This document shows, in pieces, positions 13,873 to 28,657 of a DNA stretch of 64,000 bases (positions are counted from its first letter, which is position 1; each line of letters begins with the position of its first letter). This stretch comes from Lama guanicoe (taxonomy: Eukaryota): the NCBI GenBank assembly GCA_013239625.1, contig MU053810.1, positions 558,001 through 622,000 on the forward strand, in the 5' to 3' direction. The position numbers and the translations under genes were made by a program. The notes beneath the pieces were generated by a model. It had not been told where the DNA came from. It did not search any database and was given only the letters and a program-made list of their open reading frames with translations.

Positions 13873-15336
13873 GTAAGCATTCTTGGTCACTAGCTACCCA
13901 CCTTGCTCTGTTTTCCCTGTCCCCGTGCCCAGTGAACGGGGCACTGAATAGAATTGCTTCTTTCTGCTCTTCCACATTAAAGGCAGATACCTGGGAACTG
14001 TTGTAAGACTGCAGTTGGCCTATAATAATATTCCTTTCTGAGTGGCATAGAGTTTGAAAATAGGAGCAAGACATTCTCTGTCAGGCTTTCATCAGGGGCT
14101 TTGTTTATTCTACAGAACAGTCACGATTACCTTCCTGCTGATTAGCCAGATCTATTCTGTACCTTAAATCTTTGATCCATCCATCCAGAGGTGTGGTAAA
14201 TCTCTCAGCTGTTCCTCAAATGTGCTAGTATGTTGGGTGGCTCTTTGTGTGGCGTGTGAGTTAAAGGAGAATTTAACAGTGTTCCTTCTACAAATACTGG
14301 TACACACCAAGTGTGACGTGGGATGTAATGTGATACAGGGAGCAGACCACCCAGCAGTGCGCCCCTGGGTAGGTTACTCGCCGCGTAGTTACGCCATGTG
14401 GCTCCTGGTCGGCCCATCTCAGGATTTTGTAGATCTGGGCAAGGAAGGTTACGTGGACCAACGTGCTCTGGTGTCCCTGCATGAGGAGGTACTCAGAAGG
14501 CGTGGCGGGGCCTTCGGGGGGCTCTTCTGTCAGCTGGGTCGGTCCCTACTCACTCACCATAAAGAAGTGGATGTTCATAAGTTTTATTTTAAAAATTAGC
14601 TTGGAGCATTGTTTGACCTGAAGCTTTTGAGAGCTCTCCTTTCCTCCCTTGATTACCAGTGGCTCACAGTTTTATTTCCAATGTCTGTGTTCAAAAAGTC
14701 AAGTGGAATCTTTGAGAAACTGCTGCGGTTTCAGGTTCCCAGACAGCCTCCATCCCTGCATTACCTCCTAGAAACCAGACCTCAGGGTCTCAGGTCGGAG
14801 CTGGGAGTACTGGCCAGGAAGAGACGCGGTGACTTCTGGGGCGTCTTCTTGGGGACAGCGGGGCCCACCAGGCGGGCAGTGCAGCTTCGAAGTGGGCAGG
14901 TCTGACTGGGTCGGAGGCTCAGCCGCCCGTGTGGTAGTGGCAACTCTGAACGAGTTCCTTAGCTCTTCTCCTAAACTAGGAGTCCCTACCTCTGAGGAGG
15001 TGGAGTAAAGTTAAATGGGATAACCTTGGCACCCAGACCCTTAATGTTATATGCTGCTGTGTTTTTGTTTTTTATATTAGAAAAGTATCTTTTGTAAAAA
15101 AAAAATTCCTTCTTCCAGCTGACTTCCCTCCCGGCCGTAGGAGAGGGCCTCGAGGAGGGAGGGAGGAAGGTGGAGGGGATACGGACATATCAGGAGGGAG
15201 GGCAGAAGAAGCTGTCGTCCTAGCTTTACTAGACTCAAGGGGGTAATCTACTTACTTCCCGGACGAGTAACATTTGAGAAGGAGGAGGAAGGCCTGAGAG
15301 TTCAGTTTGCTGCAAGGAACAGCTTTCAGCACTTAC

Positions 15337-15420
15337 CTGCACCTGCTGCGCGGGGAGGAGCAGGACGTAACCCTGCCTTCCAGGAGCAAAACGTCTCTGA
15401 GCTTGTTCCTGAACAAGCGG
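15337..15420 (-). other. Putative antisense exon C (84 nt) inside the last NUDT5 intron
   Basis: cccctgtcttacag acceptor and CAG|gtaagt donor; same phase, no stop. Confidence 0.4.
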
Positions 15421-15917
15421 CTGTAAGACAGGGGGCCGAGTGGCAGTCTGATGGCCTGAGGAAAACAGGCGTTCTCATGAAAGCCCCTGTGGTCAGTTTC
15501 TGAGACCTCATTCTTGATGGTAAGGACGATTCCAGTGTGTCCTGCGCTGTGGAACATGTTAACCTGCATGTGGAACGTGTATCCCCTGAGGAGGAGAAAA
15601 TGCGGGAAGCGCCATCCCTGTGTGGGTGGAGAGTAGCCAAGCCCTGGAGTCAGCTATAAATGAAATAACAATTGAATCCATTAACTTACGGCCTTGCTGT
15701 TTTAAGGCATAAAGTCATCATTTTACACATGCGCTCTTCGTCCTTGTCCCATACTGGAAGTGTAACCATGCTCTTAGATCCTTTATTCTTCCACTGAAGT
15801 AAGATCCTTGAAGGCAGCAAATGTCCTGTTCATCCCTGTATGACCAGCGGTTAGCTCAGGAATTGGTGCACAGTAGCTGCTCAGTAAACACTGATTGAGC
15901 GAGAAGGGCATGATTAG

Positions 15918-16073
<156 letters not shown>

Positions 16074-16183
16074 GGCCAAAGGACAGTGGCTATGTTTTTA
16101 TACACAGAACCACCAGGCCTCCTTCACTAAGACTTCGTATTCAGCTTAGTCTTAATGTAGATTTGAAATTAGCTTTTTCATAA

Positions 16184-16189
16184 AATAAA
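16184..16189 (+). terminator. Candidate NUDT5 polyadenylation signal AATAAA (ATTAAA also at 16274-16279)
   Basis: Hexamer 110 nt after the stop codon. Confidence 0.6.
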
Positions 16190-16755
16190 AGCAACATAGA
16201 ATGCATGTCGTAGTATGGAATTGTAATTACAGGGAGGTTGTAGCCTTCGTTTAAATGCTAAGCTACAGCTAATATTAAAGAACATAAATGCATGTATGTT
16301 TAATCCAGCTTTAAAAAACAAAACACAAAAAACTCAGCTGTTACTTTTGTGATCTAGTCCAGAATACAGTATTTCTATAGGAAAATAGCCCTGAATTGCA
16401 AATTAGGTTAACTATTTCCACCACCCTCCTCCAAAAAAAAAAAAAATAGCGAGGTGTGCAAGTAACTGTTGCCATTAGTTGTTTTTTTTAAAGACAGGCC
16501 TACAGGGACTTTCTTGGCCTCTCCTAATTGAATTACCCACTATATGGAATTAACCTATGTAGCGAGGGTATAAAGTGGACAATAACATTTGCGATAAGCA
16601 AGTGTTTCCAGTTAGCGAGGGTCCTTACAGTCAGCTGACTACGGGAGGGTGACCATCTCTTAGAAAAACGGTTGTTGGTTAAGAGGCTAATGAAAAGACA
16701 AAGCCCGTCCCCCAAGCACGTGTATATACTTTAGAATCTCATTTCCTGTCCTTAC

Positions 16756-16776
16756 CTCAAAGAGTACTTGAAAATT
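16756..16776 (-). other. Putative alternative or antisense microexon B (21 nt)
   Basis: tttggtttttag|AATTTTCAAGTACTCTTTGAG|gtaagg; same phase, no stop. Confidence 0.45.
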
Positions 16777-16992
16777 CTAAAAACCAAATCCATAGGAATA
16801 AGGTTTACGTGATGGTTTACGTGATGTGGGGCATCGTCTTGGTGTTAAACCATGGTACAGCCACATAGCACGTATCGGAAACCCAATACAGTTGTTTTTA
16901 AAGGGAAAAAAAAGGGATTGTGGGGGGCTCACGCTGTGCCTAAAACCCCATCCTCCTCAGGGGTCCACCAGCATTACTGGCCGTTTCCTTAC

Positions 16993-17148
16993 CTCTTGAG
17001 CTTGGCGCTTCTGTGGACTTCTGTGGCCTCCAGCAGCTCCAGGACTACTGCCTTTTCGGTGTGGCCCCGAGCAGAAGTCTCTAGATGGTTCTCATTGGCC
17101 ATGCCTCTGTCATGCTTCCAGCCCTGGATCCAGGGGTTAGCCAGGCCC
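16993..17148 (-). other. Putative alternative or antisense exon A (156 nt) downstream of SEC61A2
   Basis: ctgattctctctggctcag acceptor and AG|gtaagg donor; open in the phase left by SEC61A2 exon 11. Confidence 0.5.
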
Positions 17149-17855
17149 CTGAGCCAGAGAGAATCAGGGGACTAATGCCAGAAAGGCTGCAGTATATTTT
17201 GTTTGTCTACAGGGTCACTGTCTTCCCTAGATATATTTTTAGGAGCAAAAATACAAGATCTTTATGTTGTACTTCCTAAACAAGAATGTAGAAAATTATG
17301 GAACAAGAGGACAAAGATCAACTCTTCTCATAAATAAGTAAAACTCAGCCCCAACAACTTGCTCTAACAGTAGCCTTCCCCTATGCCTCTTTAAAAAAAA
17401 AAAAAATCCTTGTTATAAATCATCGGCATCATGATTCTCCAGAGATTGCCACCCCTTTCCCTGAGCTCTCAAGGCCCATGTCCTGTAATTTCCCTTGTTA
17501 CTAACTTTCCATCAAAATCAGAGACAAGGCATACATAAAATAAGACTGAAGCAGAGACTAGTCTCCAAACCGACCAGCCCTTCCAAAACCAGTCTCCATG
17601 GCAATTGAGAAATCTACTCTTAAATGCTGACCAAGGAGAGATTTGTAACCCCTGCCTGTCCTTTCTGCCATTTCTCTTCCTAAGAGTGAAATGCAGAAGT
17701 GACAGCTAAACCCTAGAACGTCCCCTAAGGCGGTTTTTGTTACCTATTAACACCCAAGCCTATGCTTTGGAAATTCAGTTTGAGAGCTGGCAGTCTGTTG
17801 GCTGGCGCTGTTAGTATCTCAGCATTTAAAAGTTGAAGAATTATTATAATATTTT

Positions 17856-17990
17856 GGGGGGAGGGTATAGCTCAAGAGGTAGAACACATGCTGAGCATGC
17901 ACAGGGTCCTGGGTTCAATCCCCAGTACCTCCTCTAAAAAATAAATCTGATTACTCCCCACCCACCCACCCCCAAAATAAAATAAAAGCT
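17856..17990 (+). mobile_element. tRNA-derived SINE (Vic-1-like)
   Basis: ggggagggtatagctcaag...gggttcaatccccagtacctcc plus tail. Confidence 0.88.
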
Positions 17991-18508
17991 GTATTTCCAC
18001 CTACTTTTAGGAAACACCTCTAACGCTGGGTGCATGTTTCCATGGTAACAATGGTCTGAGGACCTCAGAAAATGCTCTCCAGGGACCATGGCCACTGTCC
18101 TGCCTGCCTTTGTTTTCTCTGCCTTGCTCCTGAAATTAGCTGGCCTTGTGAGCCTAAGCTAAATAAAATATACTTCCCGCACTTAAACAATGACAGAAAA
18201 ACCACACAAATGAAAAGGATGTCTTTGAAAAATTAAGTTTGCACTCTTTGGACAATAAAGCACTTACTTTGAAAACATGAATTGTTTATAAAGAAATGTA
18301 CTATTTCAAATGGAGGCCAAGATGTTTGAGACCACTGTTCTGTTCTTTCCAAATGTTAGTCACAAAACTGAGTACCCTTATGTTGGTCACTATCCCTCAG
18401 TATTTTTTCGGGTCAAACTAATACATTTGCAGTAGGTATCTCAGATGAATTTTGTGTGAATGCAGTGAACTCAAGACAAATCATCTTAGAAATCATTTAA
18501 TATCAGAC

Positions 18509-18550
18509 TTTATTTTTCCAACCAAAAGTTTTATTAAATAAAATTTTATT
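18509..18550 (-). terminator. Candidate SEC61A2 polyadenylation signal cluster
   Basis: Three minus-strand AATAAA (tttatt at 18509, 18530, 18545) about 0.86 kb past the stop codon. Confidence 0.6.
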
Positions 18551-19398
18551 GTCTACTGTTAACACTCATGTTGCTGCTGTCAAGTACAACAGACACAGAT
18601 TCTAGCACGAATTACTCGTCGTTCACCCCCACTGAACTACAGACATTGCTTGAGAATTAGATCTTTGCTTTAGGGATTAAAAAAAAAAACAACTGGAGCA
18701 TAGGCTCTTCTAAGAGTATTCTCAAGTGACGTGTTGGAATTCAAGGCATAGCCAATACAGCAAAACAGCACGGACGGTGCTGTCCCTGGGGAGGAGGGGG
18801 ACTGGAGATCGGGAAATCAGAAGCGGTTGTCTCTCATGACAGATGTGACGGAAAGCTCGATTCTGCCCACGTGGGCTACACGGCTGCTTTGAGCAAAGAC
18901 AAATAGGAGGGAGGGAGGGTGGGAACATGGACACTATGCGTTAAAAAAGTATAAAAAGCAATTATATCTAAAATATAGATTAGATATAAATGTTCCAGAA
19001 CTCATTAAATAAGCACAAAAATACTGGAAAGTGGCAATTTGAACTCTTTATTTTTAAACAAGTCAGGGGAATACTGAGTGTTTTGAATGTTGTGTGCAAA
19101 ACTGATGCACGTCACCATCTCACCGTCACAGCTGAACATGGCGAGGCGGGTACACTGGTTTCCAGCATCACAGGCAACACTGCGTGTACGTTTTGTAATG
19201 AATGATGTAAACTTCGGTTTTAAGGCAGCTGGTACTAACGCTGCACACAGGCTTAGCTCCGTGCCCATTTCAGAAATGGGACAGTTAACACTTGAAAACA
19301 AACTGTGAGAGAAAAGAAAGGGGACCAGCATTATCTGACAAAAACAACGTGTCAAAATGTTTTCCCTTTCACACACACAAAAAGAAATACGGGAACAT

Positions 19399-19605
<207 letters not shown>

Positions 19606-20009
19606 TCAGAGGAGGGGCAGGTGGGGGGTAGCTGAACTCCGCCAGCAGGGACAGTCTGCGGGACTGCTGGCTTGGACAGAGCACATACAGTTACATGTTG
19701 GTGAAAACTTGGTGATTAAGGGAGTGATTTGACTCCCTGATTGCAAGAAACCAGTTAACAGCCAGGAAAGGCAATACGTGATTTTCACGGCAGAAGAGGA
19801 GACTCCTCAACTGAGATTTAAGTGCTGGAATGTTTAATACTGTCTGTAAGTGGGTCACCTTTAGCTCCCTCTTGTAGATGGAGAGTAAATTTCAAAATGC
19901 TTTCTAGGTATCAAATTTGTGTGACAAGGTCTGGATGATCGTCCTCAACAGTAACTCAACCTTGGCCACATGTTAGACTCACCTGGAGAACTGTCAAAAA
20001 ATAAGGGAA

Positions 20010-21450
20010 TTGTATTTAAAATACTCCAGAGAGAGGGAAAAATAAAGAGGGGTAGGGGACGGTAGATGCAACAAGAATGGCAGAATGGTAACTGCTAAGG
20101 CTAGACACAGAGGTTCATTGTACTACTCCCTGCAATCTAGTCTATGTTCTAAATAAAAGGTTTAAAACACCCATGCCTTCTCAACAAATGGTTCTGGAAC
20201 ACCTGGATACCCACATGGAAAGGAAGGAATCTGAACCCCTATCTCACACCAAGCACAAAAATTACAGTGGATCACAGACCTAAGTGTAAGAGGATAAACC
20301 TTTGTGACCTGGGTTTCTTAGATATACAAAATGAAAAGGCAGCACAAAGCAACCGAAGAAATAGGAAACTTGAACTTCATCAAAGTTAAAAACTTGTGCA
20401 TCAAAGGACATCACCAAGAAAGTGAAAAGACAACCCACAGAACAGGACAATTTTTGCAAATCATGTACCTAACAAGAGACGTATCCAAAGTACCTTTTTA
20501 ATTTTACAACTCAGTAACAAAGAGACCACCCAGTTAAAAACTTTAAATAAGCAAAGAATTGAAGAGACATTTTCCCAAAGAATATATTCAAATGGGTAAC
20601 ACATGAAAAGATGCTCAACATCATTACTAATCAGGGAGACGCAAATCAATACCACAACGAGACACCACTTCACACCCAGGAGGGGGACTCGCGCAGTGGG
20701 GTGCGCGTGCCGCGGCTTCCCACGTAGCTGGTGGATGGAGAACGGGCGGCTGCCCTGGGAAAGAGTCTGGCAGCTCCTCAGCACGTCCAACACAGAGTTA
20801 CTACACAACCCAACAAGTCCTCTCCGAGAGAAATGAAAACTACATCCGACCACACAAAACCCGAACAAGTACGCTCACAACAGCATCGTTCGTACAGCCA
20901 AAAAGTGGAAACCGCCAAATTCTAATCAAATGATGAATGAATAAACAAAACATGATATAGCCAAACAGTGGAATACTAATCACAAATAATGGATGAACCC
21001 TGAAAACATTATGCTAAGTGAAAGAAGATATTCACAGAAGATCACATGTAACTCCATTTATATAAAATGTCCAGAATAGGCAAATCTCGACGATAAAGGC
21101 CTGGGGCTGGGCGGTAGGAGGGCTGGGAAGGAAGGGGGAGTAACTAATGGGTACAAGGTTTCTTTCTGGTGATGAAATGTTTTTTAAATTACATTGTAGC
21201 GGGGGAAGGTATAGAGCTCAAGTGGTAGAAGCCCTGGGTTCAATCCCCAGTACTCCTTCCAAACAAAAATAAACCTAATTACCCCCCCAATAATACAAAT
21301 GAATAAATAAATTCAAATAAATAAATAAATATTATTGTAATGATTACATACTCAGAATATACTAAAAACCCCCAAAAAGCCATTAAACCATATACTTCCA
21401 ATGAGTAAATACAATGATGTGTGAATTCTCTCTCAATAAAGCTACATGAA
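20010..21450 (+). mobile_element. Old LINE-1 3' region, interrupted by a SINE at about 21201-21330
   Basis: L1 ORF2-end and 3' UTR motifs (aaaagatgctcaacatcattactaatcaggg, gaaaacattatgctaagtgaaagaag); A-rich plus strand. Confidence 0.8.
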
Positions 21451-21828
21451 AAAACCGACGCCTGGGACCCACCCCAGACCAATACATCACAGTTCCTAGA
21501 GGTGGGATATCAGCATTTTTTGAAAGCTCCCAGGTGATTTTACGTGCAGCCAGCCAGCAACGAGAACCTCTTACCTACAGCATTTTAACCCTGGCCTGAG
21601 CAGCGAAGGGAACACAATTTCAATTAAAATAATAATTTATGTGTTAATTTTGATGTGGAGAACAATTCAGTTTTGTGTTAAATTTTCATTCTTTTGTATT
21701 AAGTAGAAGAAAAAATGCTTCAAATATGAATTTAAACAAATTATCACTTTGACAGTAAATGAAAGATAGGTTGAAAAACCAAGTACGTAACACACACACT
21801 CGTATCAAGGAGTGTCTGGTGCCCTTAC

Positions 21829-21905
21829 CTATTAAGCTCATGAACCATAGAGGTGTCCCTGTGGCCCCTCATTACCATTTGCTGCTCTTTAAGCTGTTTA
21901 GCGAC
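21829..21905 (-). CDS. SEC61A2: SEC61A2 exon 11
   Basis: [25 protein letters not shown]; 77 nt; ends in phase 2 with gtaagg. Confidence 0.97.
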
Positions 21906-22362
21906 CTGCGAAGAGGAAAACAATTTTTGAAATCAGACACTACTATTGCGCTGTTTACTATCAACCAGGCTGTGCAAAGTGCTTTCTGCACTCTGACAAG
22001 TGAAACGTAAGAAGCTGAAGCAGGTCCTGTCATATAAAACTGCCTTCCCTGAGGCACAACCACATTACCCATACCTTAATCTAGGGTTTCACAAGCTTTT
22101 TTTAATTGTCACCTCCCCAAAGAGGAATTAAATACAAACGAATAAGACTCTGTTGGGTAGGGCTGAGCTTTGGAGGGTCACAAAGCACTGTAAAATCCAA
22201 GAATTTTTCACTTTCCAAGAACTAGTTTTTAACCCCTTGGGGGTGAAATCACCTCATTAAGAATGTATGAATTATAGTTTAAATTACTTGAGTGTATCAA
22301 TTACCATTTGACACACAAAAATTACGAATTTTTTCTCATTTTCAAATAAAACAAATACTTAC

Positions 22363-22554
22363 ATCTTTGGCTGAGGAACCAGACACCTCTATCCACGTCT
22401 TAGAAAAGAACGCACACGACCCCAACATGAAGATGATGTAAACCACCACATGGACGGGGTCCTCGAATATGGCGCCCATGGACTCAGGGGGGGAAAGGTA
22501 GTAACAAAGGCCCCCCACTGGGTAGGAACGGGCAGGTCCTCCCCCACTGACATC
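22363..22554 (-). CDS. SEC61A2: SEC61A2 exon 10
   Basis: [64 protein letters not shown]; 192 nt. Confidence 0.97.
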
Positions 22555-22626
22555 CTACAGAACAAGAATAAAAAGGGCGAATGGTCACAGGGAATCAAAT
22601 TCTGTTATGAGAACGGAAAAGCAGCA

Positions 22627-22854
22627 CAGCTGACCCTTGAAGAACGGGGGGTTGGGGCGCCGACCCTCCACGAGGTGGAAAATCCACAGGTACCTTACAG
22701 TCGTCCCTCTGCACGTAGTTCTCTGTATCCGTGGCTCTGCGTCGCAGGATTCAACCCACCGTGGACAGTGTGGTACTCAAGTATTTACTACTGAAAACAA
22801 TCTGTGTCTAAATGGACCCATGCAGCCCAGACCCACGTTGTTCAGGGTCAGCTG
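22627..22854. mobile_element. Tigger-type (TcMar) MITE
   Basis: Terminal inverted repeats cagctgacccttgaagaacg / cgttgttcagggtcagctg. Confidence 0.8.
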
Positions 22855-23783
22855 TGTTGTGGATAAAGGGAATCCCATTTCCTTCAACTCATATTCAAGA
22901 GTTACCGTCTTATCCTGTTAAACTTTCAATTAAAAAAAAATGGCCTTCAGTGAAAGCAGAAAGATATGTCGCTACAACTTAAAACACAACAGGTGGCATA
23001 TTAAGATAAATGCATGGAAGAAGCACCGTATCTCAGGGATGACTGTAAAAACGAATACTCCTTGGAATACAAATTCTAGAATTACATATTCTACAAAGCA
23101 AAGGATCTTAGTCTTCTTTAATTCTACAGTTTTAAGGGGGGAAAAAACTGCTCCTTGCTCAGGTGAAAAAATTTAAATCAATTAAAATGCAGTCCTACGG
23201 TAAGTCACACCTCGGTGTGATGTGGCTGGACCGCTTCAGGGGAGGCCGTGATGAAGGGGATGTGAAAGAGGAAGTCGGGACGCACTGGATTCTACTTCTA
23301 ACAACTCTGTTCTCTCTTCAGTCTAGTAATTACATGCCTTTCTCCAGTTAATCGCAAATAGCTGACTGCCATTTGGGCCGTGGAAACCACGAGGCAGGCA
23401 GGAGAGGATGATTTCAGTATCCCATACGATCAGCAAATAGCTTCTTTGAGAAAAATGTTATTCTAGACAGCAGGGGAGTAAGATTACAAAATAGGGAATC
23501 ACTTTCATAAGAGCAACTGCGTTTTTCACCTAGATGTTCACTCCAATGAGATATGAAAATGCTCCCTAGACAGTAAAATAATGAACAGTACTTGGCCAAT
23601 CTTAGTTTTACAGCAGTTTTACAACCCTTCCAAATAAACGACGAACTCCGCTACAGGTGAGTGAGTCTGAAAATGTTCTAGCTGCTGCTTCAATTACGGC
23701 TCATCTCTTCCCGTGAAGAACAGAAGCATGGAACGCAAATTACGATCAGCTTGAATACTTAGAATAAATAGCAAAATACTCAC

Positions 23784-23981
23784 GGCCCACTGTCCTAGTA
23801 AATTTACTAAAAAGTTGCCACTAAACCGAACTGACAGCATCTGGGAGATGACGTAGAGGTTGGACACCAGGGCGGACTGCAGGATGATGGGGATGTTGGA
23901 CGTGTAGAAGAGCTTGATGGGGTAGCTGCTGTACTGCCCTCGGTAGCGGGCCGACTTGATGGGCAAGTCGACACGGAATCC
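23784..23981 (-). CDS. SEC61A2: SEC61A2 exon 9
   Basis: [38 protein letters not shown]...LLGQWA; 198 nt. Confidence 0.97.
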
Positions 23982-24245
23982 CTGGCAAACAGAGATTCAG
24001 AGGAAGTCAGAGGAACTGCACAATCAACACAGGTGGGACGCAGAACAGTTACCAGTGGGGAACATACACAGACAATGCCAACAAACTCTCCCTTCGACAG
24101 ACACACGAGAATAGAAATCCTTTCCTAGTTCATAACCACAAGGATTTCGCACCTTAGAGTCTAAACAATGGAATCATTTGCTTAACTAGACTTCGAAGCG
24201 CTGATTCGTCAGCTACTGACGTTTCAAATGGCATTCTCCTCTTTA

Positions 24246-24596
<351 letters not shown>

Positions 24597-25162
24597 TCAC
24601 ACCACTGAGGCAATGTATCCTTTTTCAGTATAAATCTGAAGTTTTCTCAGATTTATTCTAGATGAAAACAAAGTATAATAAACCAAAGCAAATATTTAGT
24701 TCATAACGATTTGCCTTGCTTTTTACTTTAGGGAAGGGAAGAGAATATTGGGGGCGGGGTGGGGGGAGATGGGGAGAGGCAGCAGCAAAGAGAATAAAGA
24801 TGTCAGAACCAAAAGATCTGCGTTACTCTATCCAGCCTGCCTTTCAGTTTATTTTACCAAGTACATCAATACACCATCACTGCTATACTGGGACCAGGTT
24901 CGGCTTTAACCATTACAAATCCTGGATGGCACGTGAGAGAAGTGGAGATGGATAAAGGGAAAGACAAGGAAACATTTCAGAACTGAGGCGCCAGTACAAA
25001 GCCGAGGACAGCAGCAGAAGTACTAGTGCTCCCCGATGGGACAGTAACAGGGTTTTCATCGGAAAAATCTTAATCCACTACCTTTTTATCACCCCAGGAA
25101 TGCTGAAATCAGTCAAAATCAATGACTTCTACAGCAATGACTTAGGCAAATAAATTTTTTTA

Positions 25163-25603
<441 letters not shown>

Positions 25604-28600
25604 TCAAGAAAGGGGAGGGGAATACCACGGGCTGTTTTCAAAGTTTGGGCACTTTCCACATTAAAACCTCACTGTGCAGCATCACTGTGATGACTCTCTG
25701 CATCTTTTAACCTGATTTTTGTTTAGTCAGAAGCCAAGTGTGCGAATCAGAGGGCTGGCAATGTTGTTACATTATAAAGCAGACATTTTGACTTTTAAAG
25801 TATATTTATACACCATCTAAAGAGTTTCTCTTAACAATGTTTAAGTAAGGCCTATTGAAAGGCACACTAAAACAAAAACGTTCAGTTGTAGCATTTATGA
25901 CACCAAGAAACTGAAAGCATTCCAAATAGCTTCAAGTAAGTGAAAGGCCAAATGAATTATGATAAAATAACAAGATTCAAATTCATAGGCCGTTAAAGGA
26001 AAAGCATGTGAACTACGCTGATACTTTTAAGTTATACATAACATAAAACACATACAGAATAAGGCGAAAAGTAAAGCACAAACAAGTACACAGATTATAA
26101 CAATGTAAAAATGCATTCGATGCATATAGTGACAAAAATTGAATGTAAATTTGAAGATAATTAAGGGTTTACCAGGTTACGCTCATAATTTTTTTTAAGA
26201 AATGAAAGCATACTAACTTTAATTTATGTGAAATTGAAATTTCTTAATTTTCCTTGTGGAGAACACATTTCAGTAGGAGCATGCATCAATTAAACATAGT
26301 CCACAGCCTTGCAAGGGACCTCCCTGGTCACATGACTCCTTCCCCGCACTTGCGTCACCTAATGAAGAGGGGGAGAAAATGTGCTTCTATGCCCCCAGCT
26401 TCAACTGTCCCACCTTGGAGACACCCTCCTACAGGAGCGAGGAGATGCCACACCCACCCTCCCAGCTCCAAAGCTGCCCACCCTCCTCGCTTACTCTATT
26501 CACCGGACACCCCGGCGTGGAGAGAGGAGTACAGCGCACCCTTCGAAGCCTGCTTACCTTACGGGGGTTTGTTTGTTTTTTTCCCCCTTAATTCATTTCA
26601 ATGGCTGTACAGAGCCTAACTTGTCTACTTACAGTCTTTCAGTTTGACTTTCAATGGACTGTAAAAAAGGTAAAATTCTCAAAACTTTTTTTTTTAATTG
26701 AAGTACAGTTACAATGTGTCAACTTCTGGGGTACAACACAATGTCCCAGTCATGCATAGACAGACATACAGTCACCTTCATGTTCTAAATTCTCAAAACT
26801 TCTAAGAGAACTCGTGAACCCTTTACTGTTTGAAAACCAAGTTTAACATTTTGACAAGATAAAAGACAAGCTAGGACTTGACTACTGAGATTTTATTTTG
26901 ACAATTATGTAACAAGTACACACTCCCAGTCTTAAATACGGACACCCAGTCCTGTATGGTGCGTGACAGCTATCCACAAACTACCGGCCATCCAAAAAGT
27001 GTGACCATGGCTTCTGATTAAATGACCTGTCCAAGGTCACACAGGTAACTGTGAAACAATGGTAACTGTCCAAACCCCTGTTCACATCAATGTCCATCTG
27101 ACCATAGAGTGATTCGTGTATATCCAGTGAAAGTCAAACTCATGCTTTTCTAATTGGACAAAGGAATTATAGAGAAACCTAAATGAGAAATGGTTTCTAT
27201 AATTAAACAAGATCGTAAAAAAGCATGCATGTCTATAGAGGAATGAGAAATCAGGAAATGACAGCATCTCTTTGACTAGAAACCAGTGATTAAAAAAAAA
27301 TAAAACTGAATACTAACTATGCTTTTCTAGAATGTTCAATACATACACATCTCTAAAGGTATAAAAATACTACTACATTTCAACCCGGCACATGCGTGCG
27401 AGCACACACACAGCACACACATGACCCAGTGTGACAAAACAATACTCACCTCTACTATGTGCCGTGCACACTGGTACTTCCTATTCGTTTTAAAAATTTT
27501 AATCAAGACCCACTATTCTGATTTCAAAACTCACTAGTGGAAAAACACTGACCATGTGTATGAATCAAGAATAATTAAGGTGAAAAGCCCCTTACATAAC
27601 AGCATGCAAATAGTTTTCAAAATTTCTAGGTGAAAACATACTGATCCAATCGTATGTCTGCTGTGTATCCACACACTGTCGAGGTTAGCAAGGCCTTAAA
27701 GAGGCACAGCGGGTCACTACCCACCAGTGATCAAACGTGAAAGATCTCTCTGTAGTTAACAAAGTAAGCACAAGACAAATATCTGTGCACCAGAACTTAC
27801 GCAGCCTAGCACATATCCACTCGACTTGTTACGTTCCTGGAACTTAACTATTCCTTCATTTCCTGTACTGCAAAAAAAATACAGCTTAACTCCATTTTAT
27901 AGCAATTCAAATGCATAACTGACTTCACAAGAAGTCAACCAACTTGAACTGGAACTAACTAACCCAGAATCAATCAGCTGAGGTTCCTTAAGACTACAGA
28001 CATACCTTTACTAAAATTCTACAGAAATTTTACTGATGCGTGACATTCTAAGAGCTAGATGCCAATTCTGAATGTCTTTTAAAAATCTGGGTTATTCTAA
28101 CCAAGAGTCATAAAGTAAATGCTAGAAAGATACAAAATAAGCCAACAAGGGGTATATCAGTTTCCTCACATGCCCACAAGCACGTGAAGAGAGCCAGAGC
28201 ACTGAAAGACACCACAGCCAGCTTTCAGAGGGTCTGCTCTCCCCATCCACTGCAACTCTGCTTCCTGTTAGAAGGGTTATAAATTTGCCAGTCAAGTATT
28301 TTGTAAATGGAGAAATAAGACAATGTCATTCCTTAAAGAAATGTAATGTATACCAAATGGGAACGCATTGGGACTCAGAAAACTACCTAATAAAATAGTC
28401 CATTAAAAATCCCCCCAAGTCAAAAGACAAAATATTTCCATTTCGTTAGAAAAGCCCTCTGTATTGATAATGATATCCAATAAGTACTTCAACAATCCCA
28501 TTCTCCTGGCTCTCAATCACACTCACTCAGCGATCTTCTTACTATGATTTGCTTCCTATGTAAGATTTCCTATGAAAAAAAGACGGTCAACCATGCCAGT

Positions 28601-28625
28601 CTGAAATGGTCGTTATTTCTCCTTC

Positions 28626-28626
<1 letters not shown>

Positions 28627-28657
<31 letters not shown>
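28627..28657. repeat. (TA)n(CA)n compound microsatellite
   Basis: Directly visible. Confidence 0.85.

Noticed and set aside
14557..14768. Further minus-strand exon-like segment (tttctag acceptor, gtgagt donor)
   Set aside because: Stops in all three frames; at most a terminal or non-coding continuation of the antisense chain, too weak to call
17856..17935. tRNA-like sequences here and at the other SINE heads
   Set aside because: Divergent arms, A-rich tails and TSDs identify SINEs, not functional tRNA genes
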